This document shows positions 12,201 to 25,579 of a DNA stretch of 64,000 nucleotides, piece by piece. The notes below the pieces were generated by a model, which had not been told where the DNA came from, made no database searches, and worked only from the letters and a program-made list of their open reading frames with translations. The stretch covers positions 35,340,001-35,404,000 of the forward strand of contig NC_042997.1 of assembly GCF_006345805.1 (NCBI RefSeq). The letters run 5' to 3'. Source of the stretch: Octopus sinensis (taxonomy: Eukaryota). Made by a program: the position numbers and the translations under genes. The first letter of the stretch is position 1. The number at the start of each line of letters is the position of its first letter.

Positions 12201-14096
12201 CTGTTTCAACACACGACTTCACATAAAAAATCTTGCAAAACAAATATTTAAACGTACTATATATATACATATATATACATATTATAAGATTGTATTTAAT
12301 GTATATTTTAATTACTTCAACATCTATGTAAATAAATAAATTTAAGCTTCGTTTGTAGCATATGTAAATGATAATGCCTAATCGCCATTGATAACTAAAA
12401 CCTTCCAATCTTAGATAATTAAATATAGGCCAGGAGCATATGCCAGTAACATAGGTCAATAGAATATTGGGTATTTATCGTATAAATTTAGTGTAAATAT
12501 CTAAGGGAAATTTTCTTTTGGCAAGCGTTGATGACAGGAAAATAGGTATAAAACGTTGCTTTGGTAGATTAATCTTTGGAATTATTTTCATTTGGTATTA
12601 ATTAACTTTGGCAACTGCTCTTCTGCTACTTGAAGTACGAATATATTTCATTCAAGTGAACTATGACAATTTCCATACTGGTAATCGAAAGAAAGCGTGC
12701 AGGGTTCTCTCTCAACACAGTTCAACCAAGCGTTAAATCAAATATCATCATGTACTGTATACCATGCATGCAACGGAATTACATTACACGGATGACTTTC
12801 TGGCTTTTTTACAATACACTGATAATGCAAAGACGAAACGTATGTGCACAATGAAATAGCATTAGCAATTCTACGACAGTTCCTCTATAGTCCTTACTGA
12901 ATGTTTTGGACAGAATCCAAACTAAAAGCATGACGTATAATATGAGATCCAACCTTTACAGATGATCAGTTAAATCTACAGCATTTATCTTGTCACTGTT
13001 ACTTAAAAAGTTTAGCTTTCTTGTTATTCTACACCATAACTCTCATTCACCCATACTTGGTTCTATTTTGTACAGTGCTTAATCAATCCGATTCTGCATG
13101 TGTGGGCTTTTACACTGATACACACAAAATAGCCACCATTATCACCGCAATACAACTGCTTCTAATAGACCCAATAATACTGTTTCTTGTTGTAAATTTA
13201 GAAACAATAAAGTAACTATAGTCACTCATTTTCTTTCTATCAATCGATACATTAATGAATACATAAATTCTATACAACAAGCGTATACTGTTGTATTTTA
13301 TTAATGCTGACAGGAGGGTTAAAATTTGAAGTATATACAGCAGAGATACACAAGTCTCACACAAGTATCATACCAATGAACGAATACTTCAGAGTCAATC
13401 GTTTCGAGGAAAGATTGGACATTAATATGAATAAATTTCTCCTTAGTCGTCATCATCTAATCAATTACTTAATAAATTTGTACTCAAATTTTCTTAACAT
13501 AAGTAACACATATATCTCGAATATATTGAGCTATTTCAGAGAAGGTAAGTAAAACGTGTGCTAGAAGTAGAGATTTTATGACCTACATTGTTTCTTAACT
13601 AAACTATTATTTACCCATACAAACATTATGAATTGCACGTTGTAAGTCAACGAAAATATCTATAGGTGATATTGAATAAAACCATATATAATCGTGCTAC
13701 GTATATGTAGGTATATGGCATGGAATAAGAAAGTTGTTTGTATATGTGTGTGTATATACATATATATATATATACACACACTCATATATTACTATATATA
13801 GGCACAAACGTATGCGGACGTATCTGTGTTTACATACGTGCGAGTATGTAGGGTGCAAATTCGTGGATTTCCTCTTTTACTACATAGGTTTTTCACACGA
13901 GGTGTTCATACTTGAGATTTAAAAGCCACATACATAGATGGATGTATGCCTCTCTTTCTCAATCTCTCTTTGTATCTGTCCTCTCTCTCTCTCTCCCTCT
14001 CTGTATATGTATATATATATTAATAAATAAAAAAAAATATGCATATATATAAACATATATGTGCGTACCTACCTCTACATGTACATATACCCGCAT

Positions 14097-14272
14097 ATAT
14101 GAGTACAGGACACCAAAAGGACGTCGAACACAAAGAGAAACGAAAACATAGACACAAACCAAAGGAACTGGACATTTTTATAAACAGCAAAAATATAGAG
14201 TACAGGACAATTAACACAAAGAAAAAACCCCTTCTTCAGTCGCTATGGTTTCATCTACTCTACGTTTCGATG
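14097..14272. repeat. Short interspersed-type repeat between (TA)n tracts, with internal direct repeat GAGTACAGGACA
   Basis: GAGTACAGGACA at about 14101 and 14198. It ends in ctacgtttcga, like the other hammerhead-type tails. Confidence 0.4.
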
Positions 14273-15279
14273 TATTTATATATATAAGCATATATATAAA
14301 TGCGCGTATGTATGTATTTGTCTGTTAGTGAATGTACTTTGTGTGTTGTGTGTGTGTGTGTGAGTTTGCAGTCTTATTAGTATATGTTGCCTAGATGCAG
14401 AGGGCACCGCTAGAAATAATCAGCAAATAAGACGAGAGTGACATCGAAAAATCTACTCGCATATATTCAATGCGTGTAGAAAGAACGGAATGCCAATGGC
14501 ATAAACGTTTTTGACTCCAGCGATGAACGGTGAGCCTTGATCTGGAATTCATCAACGAAAGCAACAATTTGAAGCCAATACGTCATTATTAGGCATTTGT
14601 CTATGTCTATTAGGATTTGCTGAAAACGTGAAAAGGTTTTTTTATTATTGAGTCTAACGTATATAGAAGTCGAAAAAATATCTTCACTATATTCGGTCTT
14701 AAAAAACATTACTTCTCTCTCATCTTTACTAATATTTTGGCTACCAATATATACGTGTATGGGAATGTTCGTGAGAGTTTATCCAATTCAATATATAGAA
14801 AACACATTCAAATATAAATTCAGGTTGAAAAGGTATATTATAATCGAGTACATGACTTGATATAAGAAGAAAACATATAAACATACACGAGCTTACATGG
14901 AAGTGCATTAACTTACAATATTTCTTATATGCATTATATAAGTCGTTATGTTGCATGGAAAGAAAATATATAACACAATTCAAGAGAATGTTCTCAATTA
15001 ACCGACATCATTGAAGAATTTGAAGAAACAAAAGTAAAAATATATAAGCAAACAATACTACATCATTCTGTCCAGTTTTATTGTTGGAGGTTAATAAGTA
15101 ACAAAAGGGAAGTTTAGAACGATGAATATATATCAAACACATATGCACACACGCACATGTATAGATACATGCATACATTCATACATACATGCATACATAT
15201 ATGCACACACATTTACATACATACACACATATGCTGCAACGTATTCAGGGGCTTCATGGTATGGATATGCTTAGCGTGA

Positions 15280-16097
15280 AGGTCCGCCACGGAAGATATC
15301 TTTAAGGCCGCAGCCCCCTATTACAACGAGGCCCTGGCCGCAGTGGCTTCAAAGATAAGATTACCTATACCAGTATAGCCCCACGCCAACCCAGGAAAAA
15401 TAGATGAAGACACATTAGCTGGTACAACCCCCCCTTCAACCGTGAGGTCGCTACACCTGTAGCAAAAATCTTCTTCACTCTCCTACAGAAACACTTCCCC
15501 ACCCAACATAAGTACTACACTATCCTAAATAAGAACACTATTAGACTCTCCTACTCTACCACGCCCAATCTAGCCAGGAACCTAGCCAACAACAATGTGA
15601 AAAAACTTAACATATCTACTTTTTCCGAGGCCCATCCAACGTCCGATAGCAATTGCAACTGCCCTGATAAAACCACCTGCCCCCTCAACAACAACTGCCT
15701 ACAGAGGGACCTAGTATATACATGCGAGGTAAGATCAGGCCCTGACGATAAAAGAAAATCCTACATAGGAATGACGTCAAACAGCTTTAAGACCCGTTGG
15801 TACGCACACACACACTCGTTCCGGCGACAGGATAAATCCAACCAAACTACCCTCGCCGCCCACATCTGGTACCTTAAAAGGAACTCCATCCCCTTCAAGA
15901 CCAAGTGGAAACTACTACAGAAGGCGCGCTCGTACACAGGAGGCCATACCTGCTGTGACCTCTGCATATCGGAGAGCCTAGAGATCTTGTTCGCCAAAGG
16001 CCCTCTCCTTAACAAAATCTCAGAACACTACCCAAATTGTATGCATAAAAAGTATGCGAACTACAAGAACTATAGACCTACCCGGCAACCAGATTGA
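15280..16097 (+). mobile_element. 5'-truncated Penelope-like retroelement (RT thumb/linker plus GIY-YIG endonuclease), probably Naiad-type; pseudogenised
   Basis: FKAAAPYYNEALA..SGF, WYNPPF, CNC..CPLNNNC, LVY..YIGMT..FKTRW..H..SF, LAAHIW.LK and CDLCISE. One frameshift near 15340 and a TGA at an Arg position in RKNR*RHI. Confidence 0.9.
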
Positions 16098-16179
16098 TGA
16101 CACCCCACCCACAATAAACCCCCCCCAACCCACCGTTCCCCTAGCACCCCCGATTACCTTTTCTCGTAAGACCTCTCAC

Positions 16180-16558
16180 ATATTGTATGTGCACGCTTGT
16201 ATATGTGTATCATGTGTGTATGCATATGTATGTGTATATGTATGTGTGTATGTATGTGTATGTATGTATAAAATATTATATAATTAGGGCTTAGTGAAAT
16301 GGATTGCTTTGCCGCATACTGAACTCTCTAGAAATAGCAGCCAAAAAAGTTTTTTAGCCTCTTCCACTACTTAGAGAATATTTTCCCTCAGACATTGTTT
16401 ACTCATAAAAATAATGGTCCTTTTACATACTGAATACTTGGTGAAATTGATTAATAACTAATTAACTTTACCCTCAATTGTTGATATATGGATGTGTGTG
16501 TATATATATGTGGGTGTATGTGTATATGTACATGTATGTATATGTGTATGTATGTACG

Positions 16559-16611
<53 letters not shown>

Positions 16612-16614
16612 GTG

Positions 16615-16653
<39 letters not shown>

Positions 16654-16959
16654 TATATGTATGTGTGTGTGTATGTATGTGTGTGTATATGTGTATTATG
16701 TATGTGTATGTTTATGTATATGTATGTATATGTATATGTATATGTATGTGTGTGTGTATATGTATATATGTGTATATATATGAGTGTATGCGAGTATGTC
16801 GATGTATATGTAGGTATGTAGAGTTATGTGTATGTGCAGGTATGTGAGTGTAGATACAAATTGTAGATGTGTATATATGTATGTGTATGTGTGTGTGTAT
16901 ATATATATATGTATGTATATATGTATGTGTATGTGTATGTGTATATATGTATGTATATG

Positions 16960-16991
<32 letters not shown>

Positions 16992-17338
16992 GTGTAAGTT
17001 TATATGTATGTATACGTCTATATAATAGGTAACTGCACGTACATATACTTAATATTTATTATTTATTTTTTGAGTATGCATGTACGAATAACTGCGCGTA
17101 TATATATTTTACTATTTACTTATTTTTTGAGTATGCATGTAAGTATGAATATAAGGAGGCGCGCGTGTGTGTGTGTGTATGTGTAAGCATAGATATATGT
17201 ATACTTTTACGCATGTGTGTACTTATGTGTATATATGGATGCGCGCGTGTGTGTGTGTGTATGGGTACGCATGTACATGTGTATGTGCGTGTAGTGTATA
17301 TATATGTATATGTGTGTGTATGCGTATGTGTGTGTATA

Positions 17339-17371
<33 letters not shown>

Positions 17372-17372
17372 G

Positions 17373-17418
<46 letters not shown>

Positions 17419-18230
17419 CATGTATGTATTTGTATGTAGGTGTATATGTATGTGTGTGTATTTATATTTATGGGTGTATATATATAGACTAGCCTTCTAA
17501 GAGTGTAGACATAAATCTGTAGGTACGCGTACGTATGTGTATATACGTGAATGTATGTAGATGGATGTATGTATGAATATAACGCGTGCGTGCGTGTATG
17601 TGTATGAGTGTACGAATGAGTGAGAGTACGTGCTAAAGAGTGTGCGTGAGTGAATGAGTGCTTGTTTTCCAGTAGACAGATAAATGGACTGGCTGTCATA
17701 GCCAAGATGTTTGTGACCAAGCGGCCAAAGATAACAAAAGTAATAAACGAAGATAATAAAATAAAAATTAGGGAATGGGTCTGTATTTGTATGTGTATAT
17801 ATATGTGTGTATGTGTAGGTTTGCATAGGTACACATATGTATATATATACATGTATGTATATGTATGGGTGTGTATATGTGTGTGTATGTGTATATATGT
17901 GTATATAGGGACTAGTGTGCTGTGTGTGCATGTGTGTGTGTGGATACGTGTGTGTATGCGTGTATGTGCGTATGTGTGTGTATGTGTATATATATTTTTC
18001 TGTGCGTATATGTATGTGAGGTCGTGTGTGTATATATACACATGTGTGTATACGTGTATGCATGTGAGTGTGTGTATGTGTACATATATGTGTATGTGTA
18101 GATATGTATATGTATGTGTATGTGTAAGTGTATAAATATGTATATATATGTGTGTGTATGTATGTGTGTATGTATATGTATATATGTTTGTATGTGTGTG
18201 TATGTATGTATACATGTGTGCATAGGTATA
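16180..18230. repeat. Long degenerate (TA)/(TG) low-complexity region with short unique islands
   Basis: Direct reading. It is the source of the 330-aa and other HT/YI/CV-rich ORFs. Confidence 0.9.
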
Positions 18231-18578
18231 AGTGAGAATCTCCTTATTTACCTAAAACTCTATTCCCCCTTTTTTTTTTATATATAGGTTTTTTTTATAT
18301 ATAGGTTTTTTTTATATATATAGGTTCTTTTATTTTTTTATTTTATTTTATATTATTTATTTTTTTCTTTATTCTTCAATCTAATTTAACACTGACTCCT
18401 TGACCACTCCCCCAAGTATGATATTTTGCGCTATGCCTACCCCCAAAAAAGTCCCCCACCAACACCCCGTTAAACCTGCCTAAATGTATAAATGCCAATA
18501 CAATTCTTGTTAACTAGCTTCTTGAAGATTTCTCTTGAATGAAACAGTTCTAGTCCTGTAGAAGCTCCTTCTAATAAT

Positions 18579-18614
<36 letters not shown>

Positions 18615-18697
18615 TGTGTGAATGTGTGTGTGTTGTGTATGTATTTATGTATATAGGTATACATAGATGTATATGTGTGTATGTATATATGTATGTA

Positions 18698-18768
<71 letters not shown>

Positions 18769-18829
18769 AGAGATAGAGAAATAACAACTTTACAGAACAC
18801 CCTCGCATATATAATATAAGATTGACTCT

Positions 18830-19085
18830 CCCATCAAAGACGACGTATGAATTTTCTCTTTTGTCGAACGAACTGCACAGATGCTGTACATAAGCTCTCT
18901 CCCACCGTCAAATTATGGTTGCTTGAACAGGGGCACAGTGTGCCACACACCAGCGGTCGAATTGATCGTAGAGCAACCGGAGATGAAGTGTTTTTCTCAA
19001 GAATACGACACGCGGTCTAGGTTTTGAAACAATGACCTCGTGATTGTGAATGTAACATCTTAGCTAGACCACGTACCATCACGTA
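18830..19085 (-). mobile_element. Degenerate CORE-type SINE, family distinct from A
   Basis: gagatgaagtgtttttctcaagaatacgac is the reverse complement of a CORE-like gtgttcttgagcaagacactt, next to a decayed tRNA-like head. Confidence 0.5.
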
Positions 19086-19134
19086 CAACAACAAGGACAA
19101 CAACAGCAACAACAGCAACCATGATAATAAGAAT

Positions 19135-19700
19135 ATGGTGACTATGTCCAAAGTACGGCCTGAACACAACACGGAAAGGGTACGAACATGAATCAGAAGG
19201 AGTCATAGAAAAATGAATGTAAGATACTATGGGATATTACAATCCAATGTGACCCTCTAATCAATCATCGGATAGCAGAGATTCTGGTAGATAGAGGAAA
19301 AAGAGGGAACCAAGAGTATAAATATTGCAATGACTTGGGATGCACACATAAGTAACAAAGAATTGGGAAAGATGGAAAAGTGCAGACTACTAAAAGCAGA
19401 AATTGCGAGAATGTGGATAATGAAGAGAGTCATCCAAGTAGTTGTTGTGGTACTCGGTGCACTAACAAGAAAGTTCGAGAAATATGTCTGGTAAATCGGA
19501 ATTGACGTGAGAGCTGATCAAGGCTCAAAGACTCCTCTGCTGTGGGAGCTAGAATTTTGACATTGGCACTCCGGTGTTGAATATCTTCCACGATGATTAG
19601 TAACCTGGTATCAAAGTTTGTAATCTGCTGAAAGAGAACCCGTGAGAACTCTGACAACAAGCTGCTGTCCGTTCTCATGGAATCAACCGGAGGAAACAAT
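19135..19700 (+). mobile_element. 3' fragment of an RLE-type non-LTR retrotransposon (R4/Dong-like) with 3' UTR
   Basis: YEHE, NECKILWDITIQCD..I.HR, INIAMTWDAHISNKELGKMEKCRLLKAEIARMWIMK..VVVVLGAL: restriction-like endonuclease domain motifs, frameshifted. Confidence 0.85.
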
Positions 19701-19701
19701 G

Positions 19702-19735
<34 letters not shown>

Positions 19736-19824
19736 ATATATATATACATATACCAGCGTAAATTGAAACATATGTATGTATACATATTTATATATATATA
19801 TATACACAAATGGGTATGTATATA

Positions 19825-20175
19825 TGGAAGCACTCCGTCGGTTACGACGACGAGGGTTCCGGTTGATCCGAATCAACGGACAGCCTGCTCGTGAAATTAA
19901 CGTGTAAGTGGCTGAGCACTCCACAGACACGTGTACCCTTAACGTAGTTCTCGGGGATATTCAGCGTGACACAGAGAGTGACAAGGCCGGCCTTTGAAAT
20001 ACAGTACAACAGAAACAGGAAGTAAGAGTGAGAGAAAGTTGTGGTGAAAGAGTACAGCAGGGATGACCCCATCCCCTGCCGGAGCCTCGTGGAGCTTTAG
20101 GTGTTTTTGCTCAATAAACACTCACAACGCCCGGTCTGGGAATCGAAACCGCGATCCTATGACCGCGAGTCCGCT
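19825..20175 (-). mobile_element. tRNA-derived SINE, family B head with an alternative tail (OR-like)
   Basis: Minus strand reads gcggactcgcggtcataggatcgcggtttcgattcccagacc (B box). The body matches 47030 and 61535, but 19825-20006 is a different tail. Confidence 0.9.
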
Positions 20176-20365
20176 ATATATATAAATGAAAGAATGGAGT
20201 CGAAAGAAGATGTTAACAAAATTCCTTTACTCTCGATATATGTTTCGAAGACAACATGTTTTCATTCCAAGGTTTTCACCAAGGTTTCGGTTAAACGAAT
20301 TTTCCATGCTGACGATAAACATAGGATAATTCATTCACCTATTTAATATATATATATATATATAT

Positions 20366-20446
<81 letters not shown>

Positions 20447-20850
20447 TACTATATATACATATATACATACATATATATATACATAATAATGCAAGTGTGT
20501 GCACATATATTTGTGAGTACAGTAATAACGGGAATATAAGCATAACTATTGTAATCAAAATTTGTTTTAATATGTAGATTGGTTTTAATGTGAAATACAT
20601 GTACGTGTCAGGTCTATATACTTTCGTACAGATAACTCATTGTATGCTCATTATGCATACAATACCTGCTGCACATATTATATATAATATATATTTTTTT
20701 CTTCTAGTTTCAGCTCAGATATATATATATATATATATATTATATATACTATATATATAGAGAGCGAGAGAGAGAGAGAGAGGTGCCCCAGCATGGACAG
20801 CTCGTGAGCTGAAACTAGATAAAATGAAAATAAATGAAATAAATAAATGA

Positions 20851-20980
<130 letters not shown>

Positions 20981-21568
20981 ATAATAGATAGATAGATATA
21001 TAGATAGATAGATACATAGATTGTGTGTGTATTCTTGCGTGTGTGGGCCTACACTCATGTAAAGCGCACACGTATATATTTATATATGACACACTCCCTC
21101 ACCCTCTCTCTCTCTCACACATATATACACGCACACACGTAACATACACACACACACATATCTATATATATCTAAGCGGATTTAGAAACATCTACACAAT
21201 TTATGTTGTAATATTTTCTGCAGCATTGATGTTTACATCAAACAGTGAAAAAATAAATCTGTTCAAACTTTTTCAATTGAATGAAGGTAATTTCTTGTGG
21301 CACCAATAATTGATACAAGCATAAATAAAATAGACGCCACACACTTATTAAGAGAAAATTTGTGAAAAGAAAGTTGCTGACTCTCTAACTTTAAATGTAT
21401 TTATTTTTACTTAAGATTTAAAGTTGAGCAAGACTATATTTGCATACGGCTGTTCTTACATATCCACACTTTTTTAATTATTATTTACGAATTACAACGC
21501 AGAATGCGCGTGCATTCCGAATCACATGCACACAGACACACAGACACACAAATATCAAATATATAACG

Positions 21569-21786
21569 CTTTTACTCTTTTACTTGTTTCAGTCATTTGA
21601 CTGCGGCCATGCTGGAGCACCGCCTTTAATCGAGCAACTCGACCCCGGGACTTATTCTTTTTGTAAGCCCAGTACTTATTCTATCGGTCTCTTTTGCTTA
21701 ACCGCTAAGTAACAGGGACATAAACACACCAGCATCGGTTGTCAAGCAATGCTAGGACGACAAACACAGACACACAAACACACACA

Positions 21787-21859
<73 letters not shown>

Positions 21860-22000
21860 GTTTCCGTCTACCAAATCCACTCACAAGGCTTTGGTCGGCC
21901 CGAGCTATAGTAAGAAGACACTTGCCCAAGGTGCCACGCTGTGGGACTGAACCCGGAACCATGTGGTTGTAAACAAGCTACTTACCACACAGTCACTCCT
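21569..22000 (-). mobile_element. Full-length family A SINE (tRNA head, CORE, internal microsatellite, tail with AAAAGAGT repeats)
   Basis: Minus strand has A-box-like TGACTGTGTGG, B box GGTTCAGTCCC and CORE-like caccttgggcaagtgtctt. Confidence 0.92.
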
Positions 22001-22356
22001 ATTGTTTAACTTCCATTCTACTTATCTTCCTATCTTAATCAACCTATGTATATGCATATATATATATATAGTTTTACATTACATATATAATATATATGTA
22101 TAATGTATAGATATATATTTTCATATATATATTATATATCTATATATTATATATATAATATATATATATATATTTATGTATATATTGTATGTATGTATAC
22201 CTATATCTATTTAACTATCTATGTGTACATATGTATATCTCAGTGCCAGCATTATTGTTAGTAGATTGCTGCGCATGAACAGCATTGTATGAAATGTTTC
22301 ATAATGATAAATAAGAGAACGTAATATCTTTTACCAGCTCAAATTGAATGATACAT

Positions 22357-22612
22357 GAAAATCTGGAGGTTAAGCTTGAGTACATGCTGTATATTGAGTA
22401 GTTGACATTTCTGCAAAATCGGTTAGATTTCACTGATATATTAAATGCTAACTTGCCTCTTTCAGTTGTTCCTGATTTGCTGCCTGATAATCTGGAGGCT
22501 AAGCTTGAATACATGCTATTTATTGAGTATTTGACTCTTCTGCAAAATCGGTTAGATTTCAAGGCTATTTTAAATGTTAACTTGCATCTTCCAACAGTTC
22601 TTGCTTCAAGCC
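22357..22612. repeat. Two diverged tandem copies of a 129-bp unit
   Basis: gaaaatctggaggttaagcttga at 22357 and gataatctggaggctaagcttga at 22486; ungapped alignment. Confidence 0.9.
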
Positions 22613-23197
22613 ACGGTGTATTGAAATAGTGACAATTGCAAACATACCATTGATCAGATATTAATCTAGATTAGACGAGAATGTTGGCAACGATCGATAA
22701 CCAATCGTCCTCTAAAATTAATCTTCACCTGAGCGTCCATATTTTTCCAAATACTTGATAGACGCGTTAGCATTTGTAAAGGGTACATGCCCAAAATCAG
22801 AGAAGCGTGTAAGATAATCGTAGCAAGAAATGAAAACTTTCATTTATTGGAAAAGAAAGGGGCGTAAGTATATCTGCACCATTTCGATTGCAATAACTGT
22901 TCTTGCTGTCAAAAGCAACTTCGAGCCACACCAATATATGCAGCATCGGAAAGAGCAATTACAGTTTGCGGATTAAGAGAAGCTACTTCAATAACAATAG
23001 TAACTTCGCATGAAAGTTAATGAGCAAATATTTGTCAAAAGATGAATGTTTAGGATTAATTTCAACATACGCATCCTATGAAACTAATGATCTAAACAAG
23101 AGAATGCAAACACTACCATTATCACATTACAGACAGGACAACATAACACAAAAAGTTGTGACAAAAGAAATGGCTTGAAAGTGCTCCTTTCTGCCCA

Positions 23198-23209
23198 ACT
23201 ATCTATCTG

Positions 23210-23288
<79 letters not shown>

Positions 23289-23295
23289 CTCTCTC

Positions 23296-23339
<44 letters not shown>
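23198..23339. repeat. (ATCT)n-(CT)n-(TA)n compound microsatellite
   Basis: Direct reading. Confidence 0.95.
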
Positions 23340-23343
<4 letters not shown>

Positions 23344-24654
23344 AAATAAAACATCTTCACTACTATTACTGAAGGGTAGTCTAATCCAACAGGTAGCAGA
23401 GTACGGACAGTAATTTGAAAATTGGTATTAACGCTGAGAAGGCCTGCAACAAAGCTGATATCCCTAGCAAAACAAACCAGGACTATGATTCTGCTTAGAA
23501 AAGAATGAAATATGTTGATGTGTTTACTAGCCAAGTATGTTATTTGCCAACCTTAGTGTAGATGGAAGCGCACAAAATTGTACGACCCATGTAGGATTTA
23601 AATGCTAATTGATTCCCTTAAATGCTACACTGTGCATATTGGAGTGGCAGACTTGTCGCATACTTGTTGATATAACTGAAATAAGCAGTTTAAATTTTGT
23701 GGTAGTGTGAATTCTCTCCTCAGGTAGACTTCGGTTGTATAATAGTTATCAGATCCTTTAACATGATATATTAGTGAATGGTACACTGCCGTTTTTTGGG
23801 CAACCAAGATAAATTTCATAATTTATTTAACTATATATACTCCCTATTGTATTTCTACAGCTAATACATTAAATGTTTAATCAGTTTAAAGTACATCTGA
23901 CACGTGTTGGGACAGACGAAGGCCACCATTACATATGCGAAGATACCATTGAAACATTTTCAGTGAGGACACACAGACACACACAAACACACACCCACAC
24001 ACATCTACGATCTTACGCATGTATTAATGCTTGTATGTATGATGTATGTTTGTGTGTATATGGTGATATTCAATTATACTGGTCATAAAAATACACACGA
24101 AAATATAGGCACAAAATGAAGAGCAGCAAAATAGATAAATGAAGAAGTAATTACACTAACACTAAAACTAGCGAACACTTCAAAAAGTATATGAAAAAAA
24201 AACAGGCACATATTTAAGGCGATGGTGTACGTATATCAAAAATATAATTACATTCTTGATGCGATGAAATATACAAAGCTAAAACCGAGAAAACTTATAC
24301 TACAGTATTTCGCAGACAATATGATTTAATGGAAAGAGAAGTATTGGCGCCTTGAAGGGCATCAATATTCGGCCAAATTTATTACGTGAGTAAAACAGCG
24401 TTACATTTCTTGTATTTTCTTGGTAATAAAGGCAAAGAAATATAGAGTTATAAGGCGATATCAAATAGATTATTTCGAAAATGAGATATAGCAGAAATTC
24501 AAATACTAGTTGAATAAAAGAACACAGAAACAAAAAAAAATGCAAAATTGTGTTTTACGTAGTAGCTAAAAACAGATTACTATCAGGCGTAATTCCCAAT
24601 TAAATATGAAAATCATCGCCCAGATGTACGAGGCTTTCTGCAGAAAAATATCAC

Positions 24655-24822
24655 AGAAACACACACACACACACACACGTATATACGACGGGCTTCTTGC
24701 ATATTCCGTCTACTAAATAGACACACAAGTGTTCGACTACGGACTATAGTAGAACACACTTGTCCAAGGTGCCACGTAATGGGACTAAACCATGTTGTTT
24801 GGAAGCAAGCCACTTACCACAC
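24655..24822 (-). mobile_element. 5' half of a family A SINE
   Basis: acgacgggcttc..ttccgtctac..acttgtccaaggtgccacg..gggactaaacc. Confidence 0.8.
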
Positions 24823-25317
24823 GAGCATGTATATATATATATATATATATATACTAAGCAATAAGGGTTTAGCAACGAGTTGCCTTACCACATACCGAAT
24901 TTAGAAATAGCAGTGAAAGGGTTATAGCTATTTCTTCTACTAAAAAGGGAGATCTCAGTAAAAACAGCATTTGGAAGGCACAAACAGGTAAGAGAGAATG
25001 AATTGACTGCAATCTATCATACATTTTTTTAGTTATCCACGGACGTACGTTTCGAAATCAAGTTTTAAGGAAAGCATACGAATTAAATATTAAATATTAA
25101 ATAATAAATAATTCTATCTTACCGAAACTTCTTTTCTCTTCAGCGTAGAATACTATAATCATAAATGATTATATATTGAATTTTGAGATACCATATATAT
25201 ATATATATATATATATATGTATAGATAGATAGATGTGTGTGCATTATATGTATTAGGTCGTCAAGTAAGGTATATGGTAAAATTTGGCAGCTGCTCATTT
25301 TGCTTTTATTATTTTTA

Positions 25318-25451
25318 TAATTATTCTTATCATTTACATTCGACGGATATTTGTCCTCGTCTTGTTTGTTGTTAACATAACGTTTGGGCTGATACACCCT
25401 CCAGCCTTCTTCAGGTATCTTGGGGAAATTTCGAACCTGGGTTCTCTATTA

Positions 25452-25487
<36 letters not shown>

Positions 25488-25525
25488 TATTATTATTATT
25501 ATCATTGTTATTATTATCATCATTA

Positions 25526-25579
<54 letters not shown>

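Noticed and set aside
14228-14272. Permuted hammerhead (GAAACGTA...CTGAAGA on the minus strand)
   Set aside because: No convincing stem I or stem II pairing in this truncated copy.
15405-15407. In-frame TGA in the Penelope ORF as a possible selenocysteine
   Set aside because: It lies in the basic RKNRxR motif where Arg (CGA) is expected, so it is a simple CpG transition and not a Cys position.
17223-18215. 330-aa ORF, and the many other YI/CV/HT/MYVC-rich ORFs
   Set aside because: Translations of dinucleotide and tetranucleotide microsatellites, which lack stop codons by composition.
22357-22612. Alternative genetic code reading (TAA/TAG swaps at aligned minus-frame positions)
   Set aside because: The same frame also has TGA stops, and two transitions are easily explained by chance.
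23340-23820. Possible minus-strand pseudogene (CPKNGSVPFTNISC and hydrophobic stretches)
   Set aside because: Frames break frequently and no recognisable domain is present.
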